Assembly: GCF_020745735.1 (NCBI RefSeq)
Contig: NC_083412.1
Location: forward strand, 62,214,320-62,278,319
DNA length: 64,000 bases
Reading direction: 5' to 3'
Origin: Hemiscyllium ocellatum
Taxonomy: Eukaryota
A model generated the notes under the pieces. It did no database searches, was not told where the DNA came from, and saw only the letters and a list, made by a program, of their open reading frames with translations. The position numbers and the translations under genes were made by a program. This document shows positions 1-13,130 of the stretch, in pieces; the stretch's first letter is position 1, and every line of letters starts with the position of its first letter.

Positions 1-517
1 TCTGGAGGCGCAGCCTGTTTCACCCCTAGGACCATGGACATCCTGCTGGTCCCTGCATGATACAAAGAGAGAGAGAGAAGGCATGATGGTCATTGTTTAG
101 AAGATAAGTGCACTGAATGACACTGACAGCTGGGTTATTGTGAGAATTACAGTGGAATGAAGAATGGTACTTACTCAGTTGGCAGGACATGGATCACTCG
201 GCAACCTCACAGGAGGTTCTGGTGTCTCTTGTGGGTGAGAAGCAGAATGTTGGCACCTGTCCATCTGATATTGTGAGATATCTTGGCTACTAACGATGGT
301 GCTTGTGCTCAGAAGGTAGTGAAGTGTTCTGTAGCAGTGAGTCAGCAGTACTGAGGTTATGTGGAGTTATTGGTATGGGAGGTGCATGACAATGAGTGAG
401 AGCTGCTGATGCAGGCAATAGTGACATTGCCAGAGCATGGGCCTTAGTGGAAGGTGGGTACAGTAACTGTTGTAGAGTGAGTATAAGGTAGCAGAGAAAG
501 AAGAGTGTGGCACTTAC

Positions 518-753
518 CCTGACAGAGTGGAATGCTCATTGACTTGTTTGTGGCACTGCTTGCCATTCCTCCAGATTGAGGCAGCCACATAGACCTAGGT
601 GGCATCCTTGGACCTGGATGCCAGCTTCTAGTGGTGTGGCCTCCTCTGCCAGTCCTTCTGGAAAAGAATGTTCCTCGTTCACAACATTCTGTCCACCTGG
701 ACCTCTAAGTCACTGTTGAAGTACTGTATCTCCTTTTCCCTCTTCCCTGATAT
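518..753 (-). mobile_element. Decayed Harbinger-type DNA transposon Myb/SANT-like protein exon
   Basis: Minus-strand translation with stops: YFNSDLEVQVDRML*TRNILF...RNGKQCHKQVNE, ending at a GTAAG donor (516-517). Resembles the trihelix/MSANTD motif F..ELEVLV...R..LF...R...QC.K..N of Harbinger ORF2 proteins. Confidence 0.55.
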
Positions 754-2488
754 CTTCTGAATGATTGTTCATCACTAAGCAGGGCAGCTTTGGAATGCCA
801 GTGCTAATTCTGGTGTGTAGCAGCCTTTTAAAGATGGTGCAATGGCCAAGGGTGCTGGTCTTTCAGTCGATACCTGGTGAGCGGCAAGTCCTTCCAGGAA
901 TGGCACATGGGAAGATGGGGATAGAGTCAGATGAGAGAGACATTGTGGGTTGGGGATAGGCTGGGTTGGGTGCAGAGACTCAAGTCTCCTTGAAGTAGTA
1001 GCCAGGGTGGCTCTGGGAATCAATCTCCTTTGGTGAATTAATGCCAGAAAATAAATTTAAACCCTCAAAAACACTTTTGAAATTGGCTCCGGTCCATTTT
1101 CAGATCTTGACACAGCTCATGTGCTGTCAGGAAAATCTCTTGCTGCCTGGCGAAGTGAAGATAAGCTTGAAGATAACATCCTTGATTGGCTTCCTGCTGC
1201 TTCCAAGCTGTTAGACCTGCTGGTGTACCACTGGGAAAAATACTTGGAGACATGGAAGTATTGGGCAGCTGATCTAATGCTCATTTTTCCAAATGACCTT
1301 GCACCCCACCTCCAAATCCACCTGTACAGCCCTGGGGATACCCAGATCCTTAACTCCATTGCTTTCTCAATAAACACTGAATATTTAGACCTGCTGAATA
1401 TTTCAAGTATTTTTTTTTGTTTCTTTTCATTTCAGATATCCACCCTTTTTTACTTTGATATTACCTGATTTCTGAAGACTATCACATATTTAAAAATGCT
1501 ATGTTAATCAGTGATAGCAAAATATGTTTGACATTAGCCATTTGGTTTGCAGCTTTTCTCACTTTCCTGAGGAAGAGAGATAATGATGACAGCATTTTCC
1601 CTGGCCCAGCAGGTCACTTATTGCAAAGGGGATCTTAGGTTTGATGGAACATCTGTTGAAACACTTCTTCAACATCTCGAAGCTAGTGTTAACTTGCTTC
1701 CATCATCCAATCTGAACAATAATTTTTTTTATTGTGGTCGCATTTTCAAATTGATTGCTTATTATTTTCTGAGTTTGATTTTATTGGAAAAACATGAGAA
1801 GCATCTAGTCCAGTTTACAAAATGCATCATGAAATTCTCTATTGGAGATTCAAGTGTGCAAAATATTGTGTATTGCATGAATTGTTCCTATTTCTTATTA
1901 GTTGCAGATCTAGTGAATGGGAAGGAATCTTGGGGGAAAAAAAAAGTTCTGAAGTTAAAGAAAGCATGTATGGTCATCATTTATAGAATTCTATGATTAA
2001 TATGGGCCAGTGATACACCATAATAAGGAGACAAAAGAGAACAACGACATAGCAGTCTTATAAGGTAACAACATTAATCATCATCACTGCAGCAACAGCA
2101 TTATCACTTTTATTCTGAAGAGTATGGCAGTGAAAATTAAAATGAAAAACATTCAAATGTTAAAAATCTGAAATAAAAACAGAAAATGATACATGTTGTG
2201 GGTCATTCTGTGGACAGCTCAAAGAAAAAGTCATATTTCAAACACATATACTTGTAGCACTGTGAGATCATTTCGACCACTGAAAGATGGGTTGGTGCCT
2301 CAGCAGGGTCTTGCAAAATGCACTGAAGTGTTATTTTTAATAAGATCAAGCCTACAGGTAGGGCTTGAATCATTGGATAACTGTCAGAACTGAGTGAAAA
2401 ATGCCAGTGAATCAGCAGGCCTGTGAGCTACACCTGCTCCCATTAAACTTACCACACGCACAAAACAAATGGGAGAATTGTACAATAC

Positions 2489-2560
2489 CTGACCCTTTGG
2501 TAAGGATCCTGGGCAGCTTGGATCCTCTGAAGAAAATTCATTGCCAAATCCTGTCATATA
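2489..2560 (-). CDS. HGD: Homogentisate 1,2-dioxygenase, coding exon 2 (72 bp, [24 protein letters not shown])
   Basis: Matches human HGD [24 protein letters not shown]; acceptor TTTTCCAG (AG at 2561-2562) and donor GTATTG (2487-2488); phase 0/0. Confidence 0.96.
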
Positions 2561-2884
2561 CTGGAAAAGAATAGACAGTGAGTAATTAATGTGTTATTTC
2601 AGTACTTTTGTACACAACTGATGAAAATAGTTAACTTGCACCAAGTTGTATTTCTGATTCGAAAATATACTTATTTGTTGTTGGATATTTTTTGTGCAAA
2701 CACCTGACTTAACAGTTACATTACTTAAAGTGCCTTTTAATATTTCATAATGATGCTTTAAATTTCTGAGCACAAATATTTATTTTGGAAGGTGTGTATA
2801 TTTATCTGGAAATACAGGTTTGTGGCAATGGCAATTCAAAAGTATTTTTCCACAGATTCTGATTATTATTCTGCCTGAGTCAGG

Positions 2885-2965
2885 AGTCACACATTACCAG
2901 GTTATAGTCCAACAGGTTTATTTGAAATCACAAGCTTTCAAAGCACTGCTCCCTGTCATTCCTGA
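2885..2965 (-). mobile_element. PLE-derived short repeat, family C (AGCT-type hammerhead, degenerate)
   Basis: caccaggttatagtccaacaggtttatttg...agctttc is shared with copies at 39.1, 54.1 and 61.7 kb. Confidence 0.6.
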
Positions 2966-3039
2966 GTAAGGATAAGCTCAAAGTATGGATCTCCTCTCCT
3001 TTTCTACCAAATAAAAGATGTACAATAATGATATCAGAT

Positions 3040-3316
3040 ATCAGGGGTAGGCCACTTAGGACAGAAATGAGGAGAAACTTCTTTGCCCATAGAGTGGTGG
3101 GTGTGTGGAATACTCTGCCCCAGAAGGCAATGGAGGCCCAGTCTCTGGATTTGTTTAAGAAAGAGTTGGATAGAGCTCTCAAGGATAGTGGAATCAAGGG
3201 TTAGGGAGATAAGGCAAGAACAGGATACTGATTGAGGGTGATCAGCCATAATCATAATGAATGGTGGTGTAGGCTCGAAGGGCAGAAGGGCCGACTCCTG
3301 CACCTATTGTCTATTG
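3040..3316 (+). mobile_element. CR1 LINE 3' end (5'-truncated)
   Basis: GRPLRTEMRRNFFAHRVVGVWNTLPQKAMEA...FKKELD is the typical CR1 ORF2 C-terminus; 3' UTR with (CTATTG) tail. Confidence 0.85.
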
Positions 3317-3379
3317 AAAGTATTTACTAATCAAGGACATTTGAATAAGTGATTCTATTTTTGAAAAAATTAAGGCAGA

Positions 3380-4205
3380 AGGCCTGAATAACTTTAAAAT
3401 TATTGATTGTATTTTTTCGGGCAAATGCAGAGAAAGTGTTTCCAATTCTGGAGTTGGGATGAGTCCAACTTTAAAAACCAAGAGTATGCGATAGTCATTA
3501 ATAAATCCAATAAGGCATTCAAAAGAAATAGCTTAGCCCAGACAATCTTTAGAATGTGGACTGCATTTAAGATGAGGCTACATCAACACACAAGGGAGAA
3601 AGGAAGAGACAGTTATGCTGGTGGTGTTGGGTCAGAGGAGGCATGTGTGGAATATAAATATCTGCGTCACCCAGCTGGATTAAATGGCCTGTTTTTGGGA
3701 AGTAGTTCAATATATTCGGCTTAGGCTGTTTAAAGTGTTTTTTCACATTCTCATGAACTGGAAACACGCAATTGAGCAGGATATTCCCTCGGCTGGAAGA
3801 ACTCAGCTACAAAGGGAGACCTAGAATGGGTGGAGTTGTTTTCCCTAGAGCAGGGAAGGCTAAGGGGGGAATTTGAATGAAGTATACAAAACTATAAGGG
3901 GCATAAAACAAGGTAGATAGGGAGAGACTTTTCCCCTTAGTAAGGGGTCTATAACCAGGGGGTATCAGTTTAAGAAAAACAGGAGGGTTAGAGGAGATTT
4001 GTAGAAATAATTTCACCCAGAAATATCTGGGTGTTTGGAACTTACAGCCTAAAGGGGTGGTAGAGGTGAGAACCCTCAAGACATTTAAGAATTATTTAGA
4101 TGAACACCTGAAATGCCACAGCATACAAAGCTACAGGCTAAGTGCTGGACTATGGGGTTAGATCGATGTTTACGACAATGGACTGAAAAACCTCTGTGAC
4201 ACTGT
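3380..4205 (+). mobile_element. Two older, degenerate CR1 3' fragments
   Basis: Remnants of the RGDLIEVYKI..G.D.VD and FTQR..VWN.LP motifs and CR1-like 3' UTRs. Confidence 0.6.
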
Positions 4206-4559
4206 AACATAAGATTACTATGAAGACTACTCTGAACTATTCAAAGGACTAGAATTAAGCTAAGACAGAGTTTTGTCAAGTGACAGTCTGGCCTGCTAGT
4301 GTTTCATAGTTACTTATCTGTTTTTCTGACTTGGCTCTTCATGTTATCAATTAGACAATGGAATAGGGCTCCTGGGCTTTTCTGCTGGCTTTGCGCAGCA
4401 GGAGAGGCAGATGTAGTTGCCACTGATGGGACTTTACAATGTTCAAACTGCTGGTGCCATACTTAAAGCTTAGCTGTTTGCTATTTTAGAGGTTGAAAGT
4501 TCAGACTGGCCCAGTCTGGTGCTCAATCATTACTACCAAATACATGGGTCAGGGCAAAA

Positions 4560-5350
4560 GAAACCTCACCCCTCTGCTTCACAAACAGGGATCAGGAGAT
4601 GCTGGTGGATGGGATGGTGGAAAAAAAGGAAGATGGTCTTTTTTGAACCAGTGCTCCACAGGGGTAAATGCCACCATCTTCTTTCTGCTAGCTCATATCT
4701 ATAGGACCTGCGCACACTCTTACCTGCCACTATGCACATGTCTGACCAAGGCTCAAGGACTACAAATCTCAGAATTGCATGCAGACTGTTTCTATTATCC
4801 ACCTCATCCTCCCAAACTACAAACCCTTCCTGCCTTCTGCACTTCCTACTTGTTCATCAGGGACCTCTTATCACCTGCCCTGCTCCCACATCTCCAATAA
4901 TTGCTTTTCCATCTACTTCCACCTTTTCATTCTCTCAGTTTTCCCCAAGGCAGGAAAAATTGACCCACAGCCAGACTGAGAGATCCAAGACTGGCAGGGA
5001 ATGCTGGACATCAGGAGGAGGAAATAATCCAGGCATGACTGCATATGTGGGAATAGAGAAACATCAATTGCCAATCCACCTTGTAAGTCTCATTGTGCCC
5101 AACTGTGCTGCTCTCCAATTACCCTCAGCATCAACTCATTCTTAATCTGCAGAAGCCTTTCTGCATCTTCAACAATTCCTTCCCTTTATGCAGACAGTTG
5201 TGATACTCAACAAATATTGGCCAGGAAGAAACCCAGACTCTCAGGTTCACCTCCATCTCTGTGGAGAGAAACCCCCTGACAGGGTACAACATCAAGGCTT
5301 TCTCCTGCACCCTCCAGTGCACAGAGGCTGGCACCTCAGTGGTACTTTTT
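4560..5350 (+). mobile_element. Second decayed Harbinger Myb/SANT-like gene remnant
   Basis: CFTNRDQEMLVDGMVEK (from ~4574) and, after an AG acceptor, QEKLTHSQTERSKTG (~4951), resembling the EK.AHN..E..KTGGG motif of Harbinger Myb-like proteins. Confidence 0.5.
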
Positions 5351-6480
5351 CTGGGTTAGACTCACAAAGATGAATTTAGTTGATAGACTTTGTGGAAACA
5401 TATCCAAAGTCTTTGGGAGATTAAGTTATTGGGCATAACAGTCCATATGGAAACCTTTTTAAAAATGCCCAGGCATTACCTTCAATCCACAGTGGCTGTA
5501 ATTAAATAAGCTATCATTCACAGTTTCTTCCTGGTAATCAACTCCATTATTTTACAAAGAATTAAAGTAAGAAGACTGGGTCTTTTTTGCCTTTTTTTTT
5601 TGGATATAGATACCGTATTGGCCTGTTTCAAAAATACTGCTACCTTTTCATGTCCATATGATTGTTATTATATTACAAGTCTCCTTCCTATTCCCTTTTT
5701 ATACTGTATACTATCATACACCTTTGTGATCTATTTGTTTTGAGGCCATTCAACCTGTTTCATGTTTCTATCTGATTTACAATAAAATCATTGATTGTCT
5801 GGAAAGGCTGTGATTATTCCTGTGAGGTACAAGCTCATTTGCATCATGTACAGTTTTCACTTCTTCCCTGACTGCTTGTCCATAATTATAGTCTGAAAGA
5901 ATTTCTACTGTTATTCTTAGCCTCAGCTATGATTCCCATTTCCAGGCTTTCCTATCCTCTCTGATCATCCTTTTAAAGTGTCTCTGACTTTATTATTCTT
6001 CATATTAAGTCCTTCCCTGTTTGTCACTGCCAGATTCAGAAAAAACATATTTTCTGTCTCACCTTTGCTAATCCACTTAGGTCAATATTTTCTTAAGTTA
6101 AGATTGTTGATTTTAACTTTCATCCATGTCCTTGTTCTCTTAATAGTGTTTCATTTATCTTCCATTGAAGTGTTGCTATGATGTGTTTCACTTACATTGA
6201 TCAGGTTATTAAGAAATGCCAGATCCTGTAGCTTTTTCACTGTATTCAGTCATGAAGCACCTGCAAGATGTCTATATCACTTGATTTTTCTCAGTGTATT
6301 TATTTTGCAAACATAAGGTTTTATTTCCAGATGATAGTTTTAAACTTGATTCAAAATTTGGATCTGCTGTAGTGAGATTTGAATTATGTTCTTTTTAACA
6401 TTGCCCTTAACCTCAGGTTTATTAGTCCATAACATAACCACTAAGCAAATGCACAAGATAGTTACCCAACAGTATGATTC

Positions 6481-6605
6481 ATTCTGAAGAAGGGTCACTG
6501 GACTTGAAACACGAACATTGCTTTCTCTGGACAGATGCTGCCAGATCTGCTGAGTTTCTCCAGCAGTTTCTGTTTTTGTTTCAGCTCTTCAACACCTGCA
6601 GTTCT
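6481..6605 (+). mobile_element. PLE-derived short repeat, family B (CTGAAGA-GGGTC hammerhead, degenerate)
   Basis: ttCTGAAGAagggtcactggacttGAAAc...cagatgctgccagatctgctgagtttctccagca; related copies at ~2150, 25075-25263, 34795-34920, 36880, 38027, 39815-39955 and 62060. Confidence 0.65.
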
Positions 6606-7668
6606 TACAAAATCGCTCTTCCTATAATCTCCATAATTTGATTATTCAATGTCTCCAGTTCATAAGAATCTCTCAGGTTTTGAGTAAATATCAGCTCAGT
6701 GGCTATCTTCTACAATCTGTTTAATTGTTTGACAGTGTTTAATCCTTGGAAGTTTGTTGCTAATTATATAATTTAGATACTACCTACCTTTTCTGGAAGG
6801 ATCCCTGACTACTCATGGAAGTAGGAATATTGTACATATAGCATGCTGCCATTTGTTACTCGCCTCTTCAATTCTTTTGGTAAATTATACTCCTTTGCTA
6901 AATATTTATATGGAAATTAAGATCTGATTAAGACAGAAGTATTTATATAATTGAAAATGGTGTGCTTAAAGGTATGAAGTTTGAAACAGGCAGCACTACT
7001 GCTTAAGTAGGCCTCAATATATCCTATAATCATAAGACATATGAAATAACCCCATTACATCTGTGACCTTCTGTCAGTAGGCAGCTACATTCAATCTCCC
7101 GCTTATTGGCTCTTGTTCCTGCAACACCTAAATTTCAAAATATGTTTGTGATCAAAGTCTGCAAGTTGTGCAGTCGACAGTCACAGTCTCCTGATCCTTA
7201 ACCAAAAACACACCGCTATGTATTTCTTCCCAAAAATGAGCAACTTTTCACTAATGGAAACAATGTATACTGTGACAGACATATTAGAGAAAAGTATGTA
7301 TTTAAAAGAGAATAATAAAAATGTAGAATTTCAACAATAAGATAATAACAATTGATAATAGCTCACATAAGTAAATATTGACTAAACAGATCAATCGAAT
7401 GCTGACAGTGTTTAGAAGGAAAGGACTTTTATAGTTAATCAAACTGGCCAAAGAAAGTTAGAAATACAATTAATTGGGAGAGAATAGAAAGCAGAATATA
7501 TATCATGAATTTGGTATTACCTTTTAGTAAAGTGGAACCAACAAATATATCAATAATTATTTCAATATTGATGAACAAAAAACTGTAAAGGATAATGCTT
7601 ATGAAATTTTATTTCTGTAATGAATAAAATACATGCATGTCTAATACAGATTTATTTCTCATTCTTAC

Positions 7669-7683
7669 CTTGAGTGACGCCAT
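7669..7683 (-). CDS. HGD: HGD coding exon 1 (ATG GCG TCA CTC AAG = MASLK)
   Basis: 15-nt coding exon followed by a strong AAG|GTAAGA donor; human HGD exon 1 encodes MAELK in 15 nt; joins in frame to exon 2. Confidence 0.88.
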
Positions 7684-7915
7684 TTCTATGCTTCTTTTCT
7701 TTTGTTCAAAAAATGAACAGCAGATTTAAGCTGCAACTGAACCAAAGCAATTGAGCTCCTAAATGAAACAGAACCTGTAGTTGGAGGGCAACAAACTTTA
7801 CACAGCAAGGGCTGCATTAGGCATGCTCCATAACTGATGCAACACATTGATTAAAAAAAACTAAGTCCCAGAATGCGAAGTGAAGACCGGAGAGAGTTTG
7901 TTAGACTTGAGAGAG

Positions 7916-7928
7916 TTTAATTATTAAT
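7916..7928. promoter_or_regulatory. HNF1-like site in the putative HGD promoter
   Basis: TTTAATTATTAAT matches GTTAATNATTAAC at 11/13 positions, ~235 bp upstream of the HGD ATG; HGD is a liver/kidney gene. The AT-rich background weakens this. Confidence 0.3.
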
Positions 7929-9066
7929 TTGTGTCCCTTCCATCTACCTTTCATAGTACAGCATCCACCATAAACTCTGAACACTTAGCACTAATCTCAT
8001 CACACTCCCTAACCACAATCTCTGACAAAATCACTGCCTCAGTATTCCATTTGATGCCAAACTGATCTTCAGGTGCATACATTGTCTTTACAGAAACTGT
8101 CTAAAACAATCCCTGTAAATTATTCTTCTATGAACCAACCTTATACCATCTGCAGCTGAAATCTATACCATGTCTTCTACATTCACACATGGTCAATTCC
8201 TTGCTATATAGGATCTTATTTTTCACCCTCTGCAAACTCATCCTATGTCACACAGTACCCTTGTGTTCATAAACCTGCAATGGTTCAATTTTCCCAAGCT
8301 CCTCACATTTTAAATTCTCAACCTTTTGTTTAAATCTTCTCCCTACCCTCTATATCACCATTTCTATCCTCTGACTGTAGTTTTTTGGTCATTCCCTACC
8401 TTGCACACATCCAATAGGCCATTATCCATCTAAGCTGTCTGTACTGGTGTTATTGTTTCAATGGGACTGGAGAAGATTATCTGAAATGAAAGCTATGAAG
8501 CATCTTCAACCAGCGAATGGACAGACTGGAGGTAACCTCATCTGTCAGGGTACCATGCACATGTAGAAGTTGCAGATTGTGTCAAGGCACTACAGATAAA
8601 TATTAAGGACATTGGGGTTAGCAATAAGGACTAATGGGGAGCTAGGGCCTGGATTGTCTATTGTGCACCTTATGAGAGTGATGACTGAGTCTATCATGTG
8701 CTTACAGTCTCCTAGTGGGAAGATGTCTTTTCAAAGGTATTCAGACACAACCTGATTATTAAGGTGGACAAAGACCAACATGTTGTACTCAATCATGTTA
8801 GGCAATGGACACCAACTGAGAAGTGGGTGATCAATTATTTTTATCTACTTCCTTTACAAACAATAAACCAGAATGAATTCATGCAGACTATGTTTGGCAA
8901 GTGGCCAGTTTGTGAAGCAAGGTAATGAGACAGCAAGTTTATATGTTGTGTTATAAATCTGCTTTTCCAGAGCCAGAGGCAGAAAGAATGTGCAGGTGCC
9001 TGAGTGAGGAGAGAGCACATTCCTTGTTTCTCTCCAACAATTTTTTTACCTTGCCTGCACAAACAC

Positions 9067-9209
9067 TTGATGAAGGGCTCTTGTCCGAAACTTCGTTTCT
9101 CCTGCTCCTTAGATGCTGCCTGACCTGCTGTGCTTTTCCAGCATCACACTCTCGACTCTGATCTCCAGCATCTGCAATCCTCACTTTCTCCTAGTTGATT
9201 CTAACCTTA
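9067..9209 (+). mobile_element. PLE-derived short insertion, family A, with 12-bp TSD
   Basis: Starts at TGATGAAGGGC..CCGAAAC; flanked by CTGCACAAACAC at 9055-9066 and 9210-9221. Confidence 0.8.
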
Positions 9210-9964
9210 CTGCACAAACACCAGGCAGCGCCTTCAATATAAACCAAGCACTTGCTGAAGCATAAAGTTGGAGATCATCTACTGACATTTTAAATTGTCT
9301 CAAGTCAGAATCTCGAAGAAACCAGCATGAAATTGTCCGAGTCATCAACTTTCAGGATCTGTATATGATTCATGTTCTTTAGGGATGCTTAAATTATTCT
9401 GTATTTCTGACTTTCTTCTGTGTTTTGGAACTGTTGAATACTGGTATGAGTTAGAGCAATTATTACATTTATTAATCAGGTGTTAACTACAATAAATAAT
9501 ATTCCTTTATGTGTAAACATTAGAAGAATACTGGTGTCATTTTCACAGCACTGAAGCATTCACTGAATGGGTAATTGAATCCTTTAATTAGCAATCTCTT
9601 GTTTCAACGAGATGGGCAGAGAGAGGAACCATTGAGGAAAAACCAATGATGTTCTGGGAACAAAGGTGTCAGAGCAGGAAATAGCTCATTGTTGATATTC
9701 TTATGCCAGAATTGGATAGCTAAGACTTGAACCAGTCAGGGCAGTCTCAATCAGCTGGAGATCAATTGCATCATAGAAACGCTGAAGTTAGGTACAGGAC
9801 AAGGCTATTCAACCCTTTGAACCCGCTCCATCATTCATTATGATCATGGCTGCTCATTGAGTGCAATGCCCTATTCCTGCCCTCCCCCCATCGCACTTGA
9901 GTTGCAAGAGCTGTATCTGCCTCCTTCTTGAAAGTACATAATGTTTTGGTCTCAGTCACTTTCT

Positions 9965-10195
9965 AATTAGATTAGATTAGATTACTTACAGTGTGGAAAC
10001 AGGCCCTTTGGCCCAACAAGTCCACACCGACCCGCTGAAGCGCAACCCACCCATACTCCTACATTTACCCCTTACCGAATACTACGGGCAATTTAGCATG
10101 GCCAATTCACCTGACCCGTACATCTTTGGACTCTGGGAGGAAACCGGAGCACCTGGAGGAAACCCACGCAGACACGGGGAGAACGTGCAAACTCC
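9965..10195 (-). mobile_element. HE1-type V-SINE, 3' half, fused to a CR1 RT fragment
   Basis: V-domain GAGTTTGCACGTTCTCCCCGTGTCTGCGTGGGTTTCC and (TAATC)n tail; the tRNA head is missing. Confidence 0.85.
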
Positions 10196-11103
10196 CCAGG
10201 GAAAAGACTTTGTCTATTTATCCTATCCATGCCCCTCATAATTCTGTAAACCTCCATAAGGTCACCCCTCAGCCTCTGACGCTCCAGGGAAAACAGCCCC
10301 AGCCTGTTCAGCCTCTCCCTGTAGCTCAAATCCTCCAACCCTGGCAACATCCTTGAAAATCTTTTCTGAACCCTTTCAAGTTTCACAACATCTTTCCAAT
10401 AGGAAGGAGACCAGAATTGCACACAATATTCCAACAGTGGCCTAATCAATGTCCTGTACAGCCACATGACCTCTCAGCTCTTGTACTCATTACTCTGACC
10501 ATACCAAAGCATACCAAACATCTTCTTCACTATCCTATCTACCTGTGACTCCACTTTCAAGGAGCTATGAACCTGCATTCCAAGGTCTCTTTGTTGAGCA
10601 ACACTCCCTAGGACCTTACCATTAAGTGTATAAGTCCTGTTAAGATTTGCTTTCCCAAAATGCAGCACCTCGCATTTATCTGAATTAAACTTCATCTGCC
10701 ATTTCTCAGCCCATTGGCCCATCTGGTCCAGATCCTGTTGTAATCTGAGGTACCCCTCTTCACTGGCCACCACACCTCCAATTTTGGTGTCATCTGCAAA
10801 CTTACTAACTGTACCTCTTATGCTCACATCCAAATCATTTATGTTAATGACAAAAAGTAAAGGGCCCAGCACCAATCCTTGTGGCACTCCACTGGTCACA
10901 GTCCTCCAGTCTGAAAAACAACCCTCCACCACTATCCTCTGTCTTCTACCTTTGAGCCAGTTCTGTATCCAAATGGCTAGTTCTCCCTGTATTCCATGAG
11001 ATCTAAGCTTGCTAATCAGTCTCCCATGGGGAACCTTGTTGAACGCCCTACTGAAGTCCATATAGATCACATCTACTGCTCTGTCCTCATCAATCTTCTT
11101 TGT
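10196..11103 (-). mobile_element. Younger CR1/HER1 reverse transcriptase fragment
   Basis: DVIYMDFSRAFNKVPH, SGVPQG.VLGPLLF, SKFADDTK and RPLLEYCVQFWSP motifs, with few disablements. Confidence 0.92.
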
Positions 11104-11814
11104 TTTTGTAAATCCATGTTGACTGTGTCTGATTCTCCCACTGTTTTTGAAGTGCCATGCTAGAAAACCCTTGATAATGGACTCCAGCATTTGCTCCACT
11201 ACTGATGTCAGTCTCATTGGTCTATAATTCCCCATTTTCTCTCTGTTTACTTAAATAGTGGGGTTACATTAGCTGTCCTCCAATCTGTAGGAACTGTTCT
11301 AAAGAACCTTGGATGGTTAGCACCAGCACATCCACTATTTCTAGGGCCATTTGCTTAAGTAGTCTGGTAGATTATCAGGACCTGGGGATTTGTCAGCTTT
11401 CAATGCATCAATTTCTCCAGCATCGTTACTTTACTGATACAGATATCAATCTTTTTCTCTTTACATTCCTATAGAAACTTTTACAGTCAGTTCTTTCATT
11501 CACTACAAGCTTACGCTCATACTCTATTTTCCCCTTCTCAATCAATTCCTTGGTCCTTCTTTGCTGATTTCTAAACTGTTCCCAATCCTCAGGCCTATCT
11601 TGCCAATTTATATGCCTTTCTTTTGGATCTAACACTACCCTCCTAAGCCATGGCTTGGCTATTGCTCCCTATGCACTCGCTCACTGGACAGGAATAATCC
11701 ATATAAGTTCACTCATTCACTGTTTGAATGCTGCCATTTACAACTACTGTCATTCCTTTCAGTAAACTTTAAATTATGTTGTAAAAATAGAAGAATTAAG
11801 CCTTCATTCTGTAG

Positions 11815-12197
11815 ATTTCAAAGATTAATGGATGATCTACTCAAGGCCTTCAGGATATTAATAGGGAAAGACAGGGTAGATAAAGACAAACTGTTTCCAC
11901 TGGTTGTGGAACCAATAGATATAGACTAAGAATTAGGGCCAGGTTATACAGGAAAGATGTTAGAAAGCAGTTCTGCATTGAAAGAATACTGAAGGTTTAG
12001 AACAATCTTCCTTAAATGACAGTTGATGCAAATTCAATTGTTAGATTTAAATCCGAGATAGACAAATTTTTATTAAGCAAGGACATCAAGGTATTTGGGC
12101 CCAAGGCAGCCATATAGAACTAGACCACAGATCAGCAACGATCTTATTGAGTGGCATTGCAGGCTTGAGGGGCTGAATGGCCTATTCCTGTTCCTAT
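11815..12197 (+). mobile_element. CR1 3' fragment inserted in opposite orientation into the old CR1
   Basis: CR1 C-terminal remnants and 3' end gggctgaatggcctattcctgttcct. Confidence 0.7.
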
Positions 12198-12814
12198 TTT
12201 CAAACACACTTCAGCCAACTCATTCCTCATACCATTGTTGTTTCCTGTATTAAGATTCATGTCCCTAGTTTCAGAATCAACGACCTCATTCTCCATCTTG
12301 ATGAAGAATTCTCTCATTTTATGGCTGCTCATCCACAAGGGGTCACTCACAACTATGTTACCAATTATTCCTTTCTCATTGCATATAATAACCAGAGATG
12401 GACTGTTCTTGATACATTGGTCCAGAAAAGCATCCTAAATGCACTCTAGAAATTCCTCCTCTACCGTATTACGATTAATCTGATTCACTCAAGTTATATG
12501 CAGATTAAAGTCTCACATAATTACAAACATTCTTTTACCTTATGCATCCGATTTCCCATTTAGTGCCATTCCCAATATCACCAATACAGTTTGATTCTCT
12601 ATATATTACCCCTACTATTTTTTTAACTCCTTAGCATATCTCAATTCTACATTGTCTGAGCTAATGCCTCAATATTTATATTTTCTTTAGCCAATAATGC
12701 AACTCCACCCCCTTTTCCTTTTTGTTTCTCCTTCCTTAATATTGAATGTTCAGTTTCCATCCCTGGTCACTCTGCATCTCTATAATCCCAACTCATACCT
12801 GTTTACATCTATTT

Positions 12815-13130
12815 AGAATAATTGAATCCCTACAGTGCTGAAAGACACTATTCAGCTGATCAACTCTGCATCAACCCTGCAAAGAACATCCCACCCAAAC
12901 CCAGCCCCCTAACCTACCTCTGTATGCCCTGTATTTCCCAAGGCTGGTCTGCCTAGCCTGCACATTCCTACAGACAATTTATCATGGCCAATCCACATAA
13001 GCTGCTCATGTTTGGACTGTGAGAAGACTCTTGACCACCCAGTAGAAACCTACATAGGCATGGGGAGAATGTGCAGAATCGACAAATGCACCCAAGGCTG
13101 GAATTGAACCAGAATCCTGACACGGTGAGC
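12815..13130 (-). mobile_element. Older V-SINE copy
   Basis: Degenerate V-domain (gaaacctacataggcatggggagaatgtgc), B-box remnant and tail. Confidence 0.65.

Noticed and set aside
1-2488. HGD exon 3 (expected NNPQVCPYNLYAEQLSG...)
   Set aside because: Not found; presumed to lie left of the window.
10093-11235. Longest ORFs (253 aa and 124 aa) as a host gene or active LINE
   Set aside because: Chimeric, internally deleted and frameshifted CR1 RT fragments running into a SINE.
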